Positions 1 to 10,839 are shown, counted from the stretch's first letter. The stretch: 64,000 nt of DNA from Nostoc sp. DedSLP01 (GCA_034530875.2 JAVRCJ020000022.1:67048-131047); one strand, 5' to 3'. A program made the numbers and translations. Notes: a model not told the origin generated them from the sequence alone.

Positions 1-559
1 CTGCTAAAATTTGTTTGACTGTCAGCACAATTTCTGGAAAAGTTGCAGAGATAATTTGCTGATTTCCGCTAAACTCTTGTTCCTCGTACAATCCTTCTGA
101 CAGCAATAAAATTGTAATTTTTGACTCTATTGGGTCTACAATCCAATACTCTGGAATCTCTAACGCTGCATATTCAGAACGTTTATAGCGATAATCGCGC
201 TTCACTGAATCAAGACTCACTACTTCCACTACTAATATCGGTGCAGTCTGACAAACAGCCGACTCATCCAGCAATTCCTTTACCTGTTCTGCTGCGACAA
301 CATAAATATCAGGTAATCTTGACTTCCGCCATCCCGTTCTCACTCCGGCTTCTCTAAAGCATAGCCACGGTAAACTCAGGCGATTGATTTCTGTGTCAAA
401 TGCTAGTTCAATAAATTTAGAAATCAGTAAATGTCTGAAAGTTGGTGGATTCATAAGTTCTAGTTTTCCATCCACCAGTTCATAACGGTTATCGGTACCA
501 TCGTCATAAGCGAGATATTCTTCAAAAGAATATAGACGTTCTGTAGTTGCCTTTGTCAT
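1..559 (-). CDS. Uma2-family (PDDEXK-like) endonuclease, runs off the left window edge
   Basis: Not in the ORF track; manual translation from ATG 559 gives MTKATTERLYSFEEYLAYDDGTDNRYELVDGKL...RLPDIYV...PILVVEVVS...KRSEYAALEIPEYWIVDP, the typical Uma2 motifs. Confidence 0.85.
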   Translation of the reverse strand, partial: MTKATTERLYSFEEYLAYDDGTDNRYELVDGKLELMNPPTFRHLLISKFIELAFDTEINRLSLPWLCFREAGVRTGWRKSRLPDIYVVAAEQVKELLDESAVCQTAPILVVEVVSLDSVKRDYRYKRSEYAALEIPEYWIVDPIESKITILLLSEGLYEEQEFSGNQQIISATFPEIVLTVKQILA

Positions 560-667
560 GGCATAATTTCTAATAACGAGATTTTTTTGAGATAGTTCTC
601 AAAATATCGTGGAAAATTGCAAATATGTTGGTAGTAGAGCGTGTGCGCTACTACCTCTATCAATAAC

Positions 668-2554
668 TTATTCTACCGTTACAGACTTGGCCAAATTCCT
701 GGGCTGGTCAACGTCCAAACCGCGACGGGCAGCAATGTGATAAGCCAATAGTTGCAAAGGTACGACTGTCAGCAGTGGAGAAAGCAATTCTTCTACATGG
801 GGGACAGGGAGTAAATCGTTAAAAATTTCCGCAGCTTCGCCATCTTTAACTGGAGTGACGCCAATTAAGCGAGAATCTCTGGCTTTGGCTTCTTGGGAAT
901 TGGAAATCACCTTTTCATATACGCTACCAGGAATTGCGATCGCCACCACCGGTACTTTCGCATCTAACAAAGCAATAGGACCGTGTTTCATCTCGCCAGC
1001 TGGATATCCTTCAGCGTGAATGTAGCTAATTTCTTTTAATTTCAACGCTCCTTCTAAAGCAATGGGAAAGTTAATTCCTCTACCTACAAAAATGAAATCT
1101 TGGGTTTCAGCAAATTCATGTGCCAGTTGTTCGGTTAAACGTTCCTGACTTTCTAATGTTGACTCAATATCTTTAGGAATTTGTCGCAAGCCATTAATAA
1201 TTTTCTCTAAAGTTTCTTTGTCAACTGTCTGCCGTTGAGCTGCTAAATCTAACGCTAATGCATAAAACGCCATCAATTGAGCAGTAAAAGTTTTTGTCGC
1301 GGCCACCCCAATTTCAATTCCCGCTAAGGTACTAATAATATGCGGTACTAAATGACCAAGGCTACTTTCTGGGCGATTAGTAATACCTAAAAGTCGCGCT
1401 TCATATTTCGCTTCTTTCCCTTGGCGTCGTTCTTTTTCCATCGCCAAAGCTGCTAGAGTATCAGCGGTTTCACCTGATTGAGTAACACCAATAATCAAAG
1501 TATTGGATGTCAATGGTGATGGTGCATAGCGATACTCAGAAGCGTAATGTACCTGGGTGGAAATTCCTGCTAATTGTTCGATTAAATATTTACCAATTAA
1601 TGCAGCGTGCCAACTTGTACCACAAGCAACGATGTGAATTTGTTCTAAATCTGTGTATAAATCTTCGGGTAAACCTAAATTGATAGGCGATCGCCCATTT
1701 TCTTCTACATTACTAAAATAAGCTTCTAAACTAGCTCTCACTACCCCTGGTTGCTCGTGAATTTCCTTGAGCATAAAGTGTTTGAATCCCTGTTTTTCCA
1801 CCATCGTGGGATTCAAGTTGAGTAGTCGGGGTTGTTTTTTGAGCCTATCGCCAGCAAAATTGTAAATCTCAACGCCCAATGGTGTTAGGCGGGCAATTTC
1901 GCCATTTTCCAAAGGTAGCACCGCCCGCGTGTAGGAAACGATCGCTGGCGTATCTGAGGCACAAAAAAACTCTCCTTGACCAAAACCAATCACCAAGGGC
2001 GCTTGTTGGCGAACAACAATCAATTCATCGGGATAATCAGCACAAACCACTGCCAGCGCAAATGCACCCTCTAAGCGGGTAACAGCTTGGCGCACTGCCT
2101 CTAGGAAAGTAAATGAGTCGTCAGATGAAGCGGAAAAATTCTTTAAAATGTCGGCAATGAGGTGGGGGATAACTTCGGTATCGGTTTCGGAACGAAAAAT
2201 GTGTCCTTTGGCTTTAAGTTCTTCCCGTAACTCGCGGTAATTTTCGATAATACCATTTTGCACCACCGCTACTCGCATTGCATTATCTAAATGGGGATGG
2301 GCGTTGTACTCTTCTGGTTTTCCATGAGTCGCCCAGCGAGTGTGACCAATACCAATTTGGGCAGGGGTTTCCATGTGTTCGAGTTTAGAACGTAGGTTAT
2401 GCAGCTTGCCTTTCGCTCGCACGCAATTAACCTCACCTTCCCAAACAGTAGCGATTCCAGCAGAATCATAGCCCCTGTACTCTAGTTTTTCCAGACCAGC
2501 TAATAAAATGTCTGTTGCCGCTTGAGTGCCTATATATCCAACGATTCCGCACAT
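668..2554 (-). CDS. glmS: Glutamine--fructose-6-phosphate aminotransferase
   Basis: N-terminal MCGIVG, GHTRWATHG, C-terminal DQPRNLAKSVTVE. Confidence 0.98.
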   Translation of the reverse strand: MCGIVGYIGTQAATDILLAGLEKLEYRGYDSAGIATVWEGEVNCVRAKGKLHNLRSKLEHMETPAQIGIGHTRWATHGKPEEYNAHPHLDNAMRVAVVQNGIIENYRELREELKAKGHIFRSETDTEVIPHLIADILKNFSASSDDSFTFLEAVRQAVTRLEGAFALAVVCADYPDELIVVRQQAPLVIGFGQGEFFCASDTPAIVSYTRAVLPLENGEIARLTPLGVEIYNFAGDRLKKQPRLLNLNPTMVEKQGFKHFMLKEIHEQPGVVRASLEAYFSNVEENGRSPINLGLPEDLYTDLEQIHIVACGTSWHAALIGKYLIEQLAGISTQVHYASEYRYAPSPLTSNTLIIGVTQSGETADTLAALAMEKERRQGKEAKYEARLLGITNRPESSLGHLVPHIISTLAGIEIGVAATKTFTAQLMAFYALALDLAAQRQTVDKETLEKIINGLRQIPKDIESTLESQERLTEQLAHEFAETQDFIFVGRGINFPIALEGALKLKEISYIHAEGYPAGEMKHGPIALLDAKVPVVAIAIPGSVYEKVISNSQEAKARDSRLIGVTPVKDGEAAEIFNDLLPVPHVEELLSPLLTVVPLQLLAYHIAARRGLDVDQPRNLAKSVTVE

Positions 2555-2645
2555 TGCTCACACCACTTTTTTTTCAGGATGATTAAATCCAGTATAGTTG
2601 TTAGCACAAACTGGGTGTTTTGCAAATAAAAAAAGGATTTATTTA

Positions 2646-2884
2646 GGGTGTGGGGTGTGGGGTGTGGGGTGTAGTGAAATAATGTGCTTTTACAGCTACT
2701 CTTTTATGGCTTGTTTATTTATTAGAGCCTGGGGTGTAGGGTCTAAGTGTAGCGAAAGAATATGCTTTTATACTGACTCTTGTATGGTTTCTTTATTTAT
2801 TAATGAAGACAATAAAATATATTTATGGTTAAATTCTCGAAATTGATTTGTGGCGATTCCCCCACACCCTACACCCTACACCCT
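2646..2884. repeat. GGGGTGT/ACACCCT heptamer arrays in inverted orientation enclosing a ~78-bp imperfect tandem duplication
   Basis: GGGGTGT array at 2646-2673, complementary array at 2858-2884; duplicated unit GTGTAG(T/C)GAAA..TGCTTTTA..ACTCTT..TATGG..TTTATTTATTA at 2669 and 2747. Confidence 0.7.
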
Positions 2885-2896
2885 TCTCAATCAGAA

Positions 2897-3072
2897 TTGA
2901 GTGCTGAGTCCCCAGTGGCGAGTGATCTGTATCTCAGCACTAGGCACTCAGCGAGAGTTTAGAGTAGTTGGCTACCCTTCGGGAACGCTAACGGCAAACC
3001 GCCGCAGACGCCCGGAGGGCGGCTTGTCGAAGACATCTGGACTTCGGCGATTCAACACTCGGCACGAGCCTT
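2897..3072. repeat. Cluster of GC-rich small dispersed repeats and hairpins downstream of psaC
   Basis: TGCTGAG/CTCAGCA heptamers, GCCGC..GCGGC hairpin, and TACCCTTCGGGAA, which also occurs inverted near 60278-60291. Confidence 0.55.
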
Positions 3073-3360
<288 letters not shown>

Positions 3361-3819
3361 TCATAATCAAGGCATAGTTTACCGCAGTGCTTGATAGCCT
3401 GTACTCAAAAGGCTACATAACTTCAAACAATTTAATAGGCACGTTAAAATATTTGTTTTTGGGAGATCGTCCCTATTGACTTAGCAATTTGCAACATTAT
3501 AACGACGTATTTACCCCATAGCGCAATACGCTGGGGTTTAGGGACTTGCAACTAAAAAATATCCTATCGCTGTGTAGGCACGGGGGCACGGGAGGCAGGG
3601 TAAAAAACAGAAATTGAGGGTTTGTCAGTAAGAACTGATGACTACTTACAAACCTTCTCTAGAAAAAGATATTTGCGTTTGCCGGGATTTAATCAGTTTG
3701 CAGCAAATTTTCTTTGGCGTTGCTGCATAACGTCATTAAGTTCCCAGCAGACGGTCACTAGGAGTTTAAGGTTGGGGCTGGCGATCGCACCAAGGTACAA
3801 TTGAGGCACGAGTCAAGCA

Positions 3820-4929
3820 TCAGAATTTTTTCGCCAGCACTTCCTGAGGAGTAATTTCGGCGTACTGTTGTGGAGTTAGAAAACCATCTCTAACATTTAC
3901 CTTCTTAGGTATCAGTCCCAAATCATACCACTTATCGGCTACTTGCTGTTGCTTTTTGATCATTTGCTCGTTAATCGGTACTAATGCAAAATCATATTTT
4001 TTGTGCATGATTTCTAACGTAGGTGTATCCAGTTGAGTAGCTGAAGCGAGTAATTGGGCTATTTCTTGAGGATGGGTTTTTGACCAATTTTGTGCTTTAT
4101 TTAGTTCTTCTAAAAAAACCTTAATAACTTCTCGGTTTTCTTCATAGAACTTGCGATTAGTAGAGTAAAAGTTGTTAGTATCCCGCAACCCATTTCCACC
4201 ATCTGTTAGGATACGCCCTGTTTGATTTTGAATATTTCTAGTAACAAATGGCTCCCAAATAAACCAAGCATCTACCTTACCTTGGCTAAATGCCACATTT
4301 GCATCTGGTGGTGGTAAATAAACTGACTCTACATCGCTGAGTTTTAAACCTTCTTTTTCTAAAGCTCTAACTAGAAGATAGTGACCAATTGATGCTTTTT
4401 GAAAAGCAACTTTTTTACCTTTCAAATCTTTGACGCTTTGAATCGGAGAGTTCTTTGGAACTAACAGCGAAACTGCTTTACCATCGCTAGAATTAGCAGC
4501 TAAATATACTAGAGGCGCGCCAGCTGCTTGAGAGAAAACCGGAGGTGACTCAGCTGTAGAAGCAATATCAAGTGCGCCTGCATTTAAGGCTTCTAATTGC
4601 TGAGGTCCGGCAGCAAATTCTGGCCACTCTACCCTGTAACCTAGAGGTTTTAATCGTTCTGCTAAAATTCCTTTTTGTTCTAAAACAGCTAGGGCTGTAA
4701 GTTGTTTAGAACGAACAATTCTCACTACTTTTTCACTAGTAGTACTACTAGCTACATTCGATGTCGATGAAGTTGTTTGTTCCTGAGTATTATTTCTTGC
4801 AGGGCTGCAACTAAACAGCGTCGTAGACAATACTACGCTATAGCCAAAAGCAAATAAAGCATGGCGGCGAGTGATGCGTAGGCGGTTCCAAGATGCAAAT
4901 CTATTTTTCATTTTTCGCACTAATGACAT
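3820..4929 (-). CDS. ssuA: Aliphatic sulfonate ABC transporter substrate-binding lipoprotein (SsuA-like)
   Basis: Lipobox LFSC; EFAAGPQQLEALNAGALD, ESPPVFSQAAG, VDAWFIWEPF. Confidence 0.85.
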   Translation of the reverse strand: MSLVRKMKNRFASWNRLRITRRHALFAFGYSVVLSTTLFSCSPARNNTQEQTTSSTSNVASSTTSEKVVRIVRSKQLTALAVLEQKGILAERLKPLGYRVEWPEFAAGPQQLEALNAGALDIASTAESPPVFSQAAGAPLVYLAANSSDGKAVSLLVPKNSPIQSVKDLKGKKVAFQKASIGHYLLVRALEKEGLKLSDVESVYLPPPDANVAFSQGKVDAWFIWEPFVTRNIQNQTGRILTDGGNGLRDTNNFYSTNRKFYEENREVIKVFLEELNKAQNWSKTHPQEIAQLLASATQLDTPTLEIMHKKYDFALVPINEQMIKKQQQVADKWYDLGLIPKKVNVRDGFLTPQQYAEITPQEVLAKKF

Positions 4930-5188
4930 GATTTTTTATTATTCAGTGATGTCAAAATCAAAAATTAAAGAAATAAGGTGGAAAAAACCACCTTAAGTAA
5001 CAGAATTCGAGGTTTACTGTGGCAGAAAATTTAATAAGAATTCAAGAGTCAGGATTCAAAATCATTTATTGATGAGATAAAAAACATAATTCCTAATTTC
5101 TGCGCTCCCAACTTTAGCCTTGGAGTAACAATTACTGTCTTCGTAGCGCTGGGCAATCTATTACGAATTATTCTGACTCCTGAATTCT

Positions 5189-5212
5189 GTTAGCGTAGCG
5201 GGGCGTAGCCCA
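5189..5212. repeat. 24-nt small dispersed repeat inserted in a TTCTGAA heptamer array (copy 1)
   Basis: GTTAGCGTAGCGGGGCGTAGCCCA; exact reverse complement at 49591-49614. Confidence 0.8.
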
Positions 5213-5229
5213 TTCTGAATTCTGAATTC

Positions 5230-6417
5230 TTACGAATATTGCGTAACTAAAGGTAATTCTTGATTAAGTACCCAATTGCCAATATCACGCAATTTATAAT
5301 CTACAGGATCGTGGAGAGTGAATGTACGCAAATCTCGCCAGTAACGGTCAAAGCCGTATTTAGTCGCTGTAGAACGAGTTCCGGTTGCTTCAAAAAGACC
5401 AGTAGTAATATCCAAACCAACACGAGAAGCAAAAGCTTTGGCTGCAAAAACAGAAATTGCTACTTCTCCCCTTTCTTGAGTTGTGAGGTTAGTTTCTTTT
5501 TTCCATACTTGTTGCACTTGGAGGCTAACTTTGTCAGCTAAACTAATTGCTGCTTGCAATTGCGTCCACAAGTTTCCATAGTGATGCAAAATATATGGGT
5601 CTTGAGTGGCACTATTAACACCAGATGTAATCCAAGGTTTTGTCTGAGTAATAGTGTATTGCCTTGCAGCTGCTAATGCTCCTTCAGCAATTCCCAAATA
5701 AATATAAGTTTTCGTTAATTGGGCGATGATTCCCAAAAATGTGCTAAAAGCACCATCAGGAGGATGAGGATATCCCAAAATTTCATCTTTTTTTACCAAA
5801 ACATCGTAAAAAGTGAATGTATCGCTATCTGTGCGTCTTTGTCCGATATTGTCCCAGTCTTGGTTAGAAGCAATACCAGACCTATCTTTAGGAATTATAA
5901 ATATTAAGGGTACTTCTACATTATCTTGAAGAGCTGAGAATACACGGTAATCTGCAATGGCAACACCCGTGCCGAAACTTTTGCTACCATGAACGCGAAA
6001 ATGTTCGCCCTCTGGACTAATTTTCAGCCTCGTATCTCTGGTGTTGATGGCATTAGCCCAAAATAAGTTTTTCTCGGCAGTCTCTCGATAATATCTTTCT
6101 TTTTGCTCTAGCGTTCCGGAAACATGAGCTAAGGCACTTAAGTTAAGATGGTTGCCATACAACTGTCCGATGGAACCGTCTGCTTTTGAAAGTTCTTGGA
6201 CTATTTTTAAAGCTTCTGCCCAAGTCGCACCTATACCACCGTACTCTTTTGGTACAACCAAAGATAGCAAACCAGTTTCTTTCAATCGTTGGATTTCTAT
6301 ATCTGGTAACCCTGCTTTGTTATCTCTTTCAACTGCGGTGGCTGTCAGTTCCGTAGATAAAGAAGCAGCAACATTAATCCAGTTTTTAGATTCTGCTTCA
6401 ACCAATAGTTGCACCAT
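5230..6417 (-). CDS. Acyl-CoA dehydrogenase-fold flavin-dependent sulfur-acquisition monooxygenase (SfnB/DszC-like)
   Basis: DWDNIGQRRTDS and GFDRYWRDLRTFTLHDPVDYK are typical of the DszC/SfnB clade. Confidence 0.85.
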   Translation of the reverse strand: MVQLLVEAESKNWINVAASLSTELTATAVERDNKAGLPDIEIQRLKETGLLSLVVPKEYGGIGATWAEALKIVQELSKADGSIGQLYGNHLNLSALAHVSGTLEQKERYYRETAEKNLFWANAINTRDTRLKISPEGEHFRVHGSKSFGTGVAIADYRVFSALQDNVEVPLIFIIPKDRSGIASNQDWDNIGQRRTDSDTFTFYDVLVKKDEILGYPHPPDGAFSTFLGIIAQLTKTYIYLGIAEGALAAARQYTITQTKPWITSGVNSATQDPYILHHYGNLWTQLQAAISLADKVSLQVQQVWKKETNLTTQERGEVAISVFAAKAFASRVGLDITTGLFEATGTRSTATKYGFDRYWRDLRTFTLHDPVDYKLRDIGNWVLNQELPLVTQYS

Positions 6418-6626
6418 TATCTATCATTCTCCTTCGGATGGGTATGCATGAGGAAATGGGAATTGGGAAACAACTTGGTGAAAGTTCATATTAGTTGCAA
6501 AACGATGAGGTATAGTTCGCCCAACTCCCAAGATTCAGTTGCGCAGCTGTTATCAACTCAGGATTTTTACGATATAGTGACCTGATTGCTGATAAGCAAG
6601 ATTAATTTAAATGGCTAGTCTGAAAC

Positions 6627-6652
6627 TACTGTAAATCGGTAGTATTTAAGTA
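6627..6652. promoter_or_regulatory. Putative sulfur-regulon operator box
   Basis: TACTGTAA-atcggtagta-TTTAAGTA; minus-strand TATACT (-10) at 6661-6666 lies just upstream. Confidence 0.7.
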
Positions 6653-7211
6653 GATTCGATAGTATAGAAGTTTTGCATAGTTCACTATAAAAGGCAAGTT
6701 TTTTTTGTGAAACAAATCAACAAATGCAATATTACTTAACTAAGTTATGAAATCTTGATATAGGGTAATTATAAGAAAATATACTCATTGACTCTGGAAA
6801 ATTAATTAACTGTTTATTAATAGATATAACTGAAAGCCTTACTGAGTAATCATTTCATTTATAATAGATGAGTTGATGAGAGTATTGCTTTTGTTAACTA
6901 TGCTCTGTGTGGGAAGATGGACAAATCGGGCACATCGTAGGGTGTAATTTGCGATCGCAACATTCAAATTAGGGCAAATGGATAATCTTCTCTCAGCAAC
7001 ACAAGAGTCTGAACCCCGAATTTATACGAATTTTAGGTACTTAGACATTTATCAAAGCATCTAAAACTAGTTGAATTTACACAATATAGATGGGTTTAGT
7101 GTGCTTAGAATTGCGAAACATTTAGCAACTATTGATTTCTCAAAAATAAAGTTTTACCTTGCTATTTAAGACAGCTAAAACATCAATTACAAAAACAGGG
7201 AAGCTATTTCT

Positions 7212-7619
7212 ATGATGATGACTGAATCTATACTCGCCGAAATCGAAGCTTGTAAAGAAATCTGCATGGAATGCCAAACCACTTGCATTGAGACTATTAA
7301 ATACTCTAAGACTCAGGGTGGTAAATACATGGATATGGGTATGATGTCCATGATGCGGGACTGTGCAGAAATGTGCATGATGTGCGTGAACATGATTAAT
7401 GACGGTTCTGAGTTTATGGGAAACACTTGCAGTCTGTGCGCTCAAATTTGCGATCGCACTGCAATGGTTTGCGAACAAATGAGCAACGATCCCACAATGA
7501 TGCACTGTGCTGCTATTTGCCGTAAGTGCGCTCAACACTGCAACACGATGGGACTCAATTCTGCTTCTTATTTCCGCAGATCGAGTTTAGTGACAGCAGA
7601 TGCACTACTTGCTAACTAA
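7212..7619 (+). CDS. Cys/Met-rich four-helix-bundle protein (Csp3/DUF326-like copper-storage fold)
   Basis: Repeated CxxxC/CxxC spacing (CAEMCMMC, CSLCAQIC, CAAICRKCAQHC); 15 Cys and 20 Met in 135 aa. Confidence 0.8.
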   Translation: MMMTESILAEIEACKEICMECQTTCIETIKYSKTQGGKYMDMGMMSMMRDCAEMCMMCVNMINDGSEFMGNTCSLCAQICDRTAMVCEQMSNDPTMMHCAAICRKCAQHCNTMGLNSASYFRRSSLVTADALLAN

Positions 7620-7704
7620 TTTACCCCCAAGATTGAGTTTCCTAACTCATCACAAACTAGTCTTTCTACTTAAAACCATATCGTGCCCGACTATTTTTAG
7701 TTGT

Positions 7705-7734
7705 TCGCCACCCAGAAAGTTTTTTGGGTGGCGA
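7705..7734. terminator. Hairpin between convergent genes, likely terminator
   Basis: TCGCCACCCAG...TTGGGTGGCGA. Confidence 0.6.
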
Positions 7735-7773
7735 TAAAATTAACAAAATTGTTTGGATTTCTGCAATGTAGTG

Positions 7774-8439
7774 CTAGGCAGCAACAGGAGTCGCAAATCT
7801 AGCATATCGTTCGATGTAGAATTCCTTGCTATTAGCGATCGCCACTACAGAATCCCTTTGTTTCAAAGCCTTTTTCCACTGACGCAGACGAGTAAATTCC
7901 TCTGGTATGCCAAAGCCTCGATATTGCTTCAGCGCAGGCCAACGTTCAAACCACGGGTAAAAGGTAAAATCAACCAAACTGATAGATTCACCAAACCAGT
8001 AAGGGCCGTCTTTTGATAACTTCGCTAAACCTTCATTTTCGATAAATTCCAAATGTTTGTACAGTTCTTGTTTAGCTGCTTCTTGTTGTTCAATTTCAGA
8101 ACTACGCAACAGAGCAGAAAAAGCTGGAACAAATCGAGTATTAGCAAAATCAATCCAGATTCGAGCCTGCGCTTTATCAATGGAATCGCTAGGCAAAAGA
8201 GGCGGATTTGGAAATACCTCATTCAGGTATTCATTAATAATTGCCGATTCCCAAACTCGCCGACCGTTATGAACGATCGCAGGTACTTTACCATAAGGGG
8301 AAATGTTCCTAAAGCCCTCCGGTGGATTTTGTAAATTAATTTCAATTAAATCAAAGTCGATACCTTTTTCTTGCAAAACCAAGCGCGAACGATGAGCATA
8401 AGGACAAACAACCGCGCTATATATTTGAATTTCAGCCAT
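7774..8439 (-). CDS. Glutathione S-transferase family protein, Cys-type (CPYA)
   Basis: [26 protein letters not shown] motifs. Confidence 0.9.
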   Translation of the reverse strand: MAEIQIYSAVVCPYAHRSRLVLQEKGIDFDLIEINLQNPPEGFRNISPYGKVPAIVHNGRRVWESAIINEYLNEVFPNPPLLPSDSIDKAQARIWIDFANTRFVPAFSALLRSSEIEQQEAAKQELYKHLEFIENEGLAKLSKDGPYWFGESISLVDFTFYPWFERWPALKQYRGFGIPEEFTRLRQWKKALKQRDSVVAIANSKEFYIERYARFATPVAA

Positions 8440-8515
8440 CTTGATGTTCCTCTATAATTTAGGATTGATTTATTAAGGAAGGCAGCAGGAAAACTGCTCT
8501 CTACCTTCTGCCTTC

Positions 8516-9640
8516 TTACAGCCAAGGCACTTCTTCAGGTGCATAACGAAACGCACGGAAGACTGAATTTTGTTCCCCACGAGCAACTGCTGATTTTTCA
8601 CCAGGAAGATTCCTGACGGCAAAGTGGGGATTAACATATTCCCAAACTATTTCTCCTGTAACTGTCACCTCAAAGATGCGACCGAAAGCACCTTCTGTAA
8701 TTAAAGTGTTGCCATTGGCTAGACGTTGTGCACCTGATATATAAGAACTGAAAAAATTGTGAGGTGGGGTGTCAGTGTATTCCCAAACTATTTGTTTAGT
8801 TTGGCGGTTGACTTCAATTACACGAGAAAAATTGAGCGCAGTGTGACGGCGATGTGCGCCATTATCAAAAATTAGGATATTGCCGTTAGCTAATTCGTTG
8901 GGAAAGTGCTGTTGTGCTAGGACGTCATCTCCAAGCGTCCAGATAATTTCTCCTGTGTGGCGATCGATAATTGCGACGGTAGAAATGTTACGAAAGCTGA
9001 CTATAATATTGCCGTCAGCGAGTTCGCCTACAGTATTACCATGAGTCCATTCGTGCCGTTGGTCTTGGGGAGTGATAGTAAAAATATCTGGATCTAAATG
9101 TTCGTGGGCGTGCCAAGTCCAAACAATTTCACCACCAGGAGTAACTTCATAAAGTACATCAGCATAGATATCGCCGTCTGCTTCGGTTCCTGGTATACCA
9201 CCTTTAATACGGGGAATCAAAGACTGGGGTATTTTTTCAATGGCTAATAAAATCGTGTTACCGTTACGTAGTCTGCGCCCATCGTGATGATGATATGGAT
9301 GTTTGTATTCCCAAATAATATTGCCTTTGGGATCTGCTTCTAAGACTACGCCCCCTTTAAAGGCAGCCCACAATGGAAAATGTGGCGGAATATTTAAGGT
9401 TTTTCCATTATAAAAAAGGTTGCCGTTGGGTAAGAGATAACCATATAAACCTGGTGGATAAGGCAAATTCCATTGATGTACCACTTCTCCTTCTAAATTG
9501 AGAAGATATACTTCTCCGTTACCTGTAAGTGGTGCAAAAAGCGTGTAACCTTTGAATACTTTGTCAGGATTATAAGCTCTTAATCCGGTACCACGGCGAC
9601 GAATGGTATTTTGATCGACTAATGCAGTTGCGATCGTCAT
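8516..9640 (-). CDS. Arylsulfotransferase (ASST)-like beta-propeller protein
   Basis: HHHD, WTHGN, QQHFP, LIFDNG, SGAQRLANGNTLITEG; start moved to ATG 9640 because the upstream extension translates a heptamer repeat. Confidence 0.8.
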   Translation of the reverse strand: MTIATALVDQNTIRRRGTGLRAYNPDKVFKGYTLFAPLTGNGEVYLLNLEGEVVHQWNLPYPPGLYGYLLPNGNLFYNGKTLNIPPHFPLWAAFKGGVVLEADPKGNIIWEYKHPYHHHDGRRLRNGNTILLAIEKIPQSLIPRIKGGIPGTEADGDIYADVLYEVTPGGEIVWTWHAHEHLDPDIFTITPQDQRHEWTHGNTVGELADGNIIVSFRNISTVAIIDRHTGEIIWTLGDDVLAQQHFPNELANGNILIFDNGAHRRHTALNFSRVIEVNRQTKQIVWEYTDTPPHNFFSSYISGAQRLANGNTLITEGAFGRIFEVTVTGEIVWEYVNPHFAVRNLPGEKSAVARGEQNSVFRAFRYAPEEVPWL

Positions 9641-9652
9641 AATTTTAATGGA

Positions 9653-9686
9653 TGGGATTGGGGATTGGGGATTAGGGACTGGGGAC
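9653..9686. repeat. STRR1-type heptamer tandem repeat
   Basis: GGGATTG GGGATTG GGGATTA GGGACTG GGGACA. Confidence 0.85.
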
Positions 9687-9709
9687 AAGGAGAATAATTC
9701 TTTCTTGTA

Positions 9710-9732
9710 CAGACGCGATTAATCGCGTCTCT
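9710..9732. repeat. Palindromic REP-like repeat AGACGCGATTAATCGCGTCT (related copies near 12124, 43926, 51277)
   Basis: Four related intergenic palindromes seen. Confidence 0.75.
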
Positions 9733-9801
9733 AATTCCTCACTCAAAACTCAACTTTCAAGACTTTTATTTTGAATTTTGAATTTTGAATTTTGAATTGA
9801 T

Positions 9802-10839
9802 TCATGGTGCTGGATTTGGATATTCAGCGTGAACAGCATCTATTTCTGCCAAGATATCTTTATCGAGAACTACATTGATACTTTCTAGATTCTCTTTAAG
9901 TTGTTCTAATGTAGTAGCGCCAATAATCGTGCTACCAACAAACCAACGACTCCGCACAAATGCTAAAGCTAATTGTGCGGGAATTAATTGATGGCGTTTG
10001 GCAATTTCTACATAAGCAGCGACTGCTTTGGTAACATTTGGTTTTAGATAGCGTTGACCAAAGTTTTCAAACAAAGCAACTCTGGTGTTTTCTGGTTTAC
10101 CGTTGAGATATTTACCAGTTAAATAGCCAAATCCTAAAGGACTATAAGCTAATAAAGGAATGTTTTCGTAATAAACTGCTTCTGCAAGAGCGCCATCAAA
10201 AACTCGATTGAGTAAATTGTAAGAATTTTGTATGGAAACAACTTTAGGCAATCCTAATTGTTTAGCTGCTTGGCTAAATTGTACAACTCCCCAAGGTGTT
10301 TCATTACTTAAGCCAATATAGCGAATTTTTCCTGCTCTAATGACATCAGCAAATACTTCGAGTTGTTCGGTAATGGGAACTGTCTCTTTTACTTGATAAG
10401 GGTCGAAAACTGTTTGCCCAAAACGAGGTACATAGCGGTCGGGCCAATGAATTTGATACAAATCAATATAGTCTGTTTGTAATCTTTTCAGACTATCATC
10501 TACTGCTTGTTTAATATTGTCTCGGTCAATTGCTTTTGCTCCATCACGCAGCCATTTAAAGCCTCTACCAGGCCCCGCAATTTTAGTGGCAATTATTAAT
10601 TTATCTCGCTGTTGGTGTTTTAACCATTCTCCAATGTAAGTTTCTGTTAAACCATAGGTTTCAGCACTGACTGGTACTGGATACATTTCAGCTGCATCTA
10701 TGAAATTAACTTCATTATTAGTTGCATAGTCTAGCTGTTGATGGGCTTCTTCGATAGTATTTTGCCGCCCATAAGTCATTGTACCCAGACAAATTTCAGA
10801 AACTTCTAGGTCACTATTCCCTAATTGATTATACCGCAT
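9802..10839 (-). CDS. NADP(H)-dependent aldo/keto reductase (Tas-like)
   Basis: ICLGTMTYG, IDAAEMYPVP, DYIDLYQIHWPDR, IGLSNETPWG; likely start MRYNQLG. Confidence 0.9.
   Translation of the reverse strand: MRYNQLGNSDLEVSEICLGTMTYGRQNTIEEAHQQLDYATNNEVNFIDAAEMYPVPVSAETYGLTETYIGEWLKHQQRDKLIIATKIAGPGRGFKWLRDGAKAIDRDNIKQAVDDSLKRLQTDYIDLYQIHWPDRYVPRFGQTVFDPYQVKETVPITEQLEVFADVIRAGKIRYIGLSNETPWGVVQFSQAAKQLGLPKVVSIQNSYNLLNRVFDGALAEAVYYENIPLLAYSPLGFGYLTGKYLNGKPENTRVALFENFGQRYLKPNVTKAVAAYVEIAKRHQLIPAQLALAFVRSRWFVGSTIIGATTLEQLKENLESINVVLDKDILAEIDAVHAEYPNPAP

Noticed and set aside
2555..3072. glmS ribozyme in the long glmS upstream region
   Set aside because: No recognisable ribozyme core; the region is explained by heptamer arrays, a duplication and small repeats
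9641..9688. N-terminal extension MSPVPNPQSPIPS of the ASST-like ORF
   Set aside because: It is the translation of an STRR heptamer array
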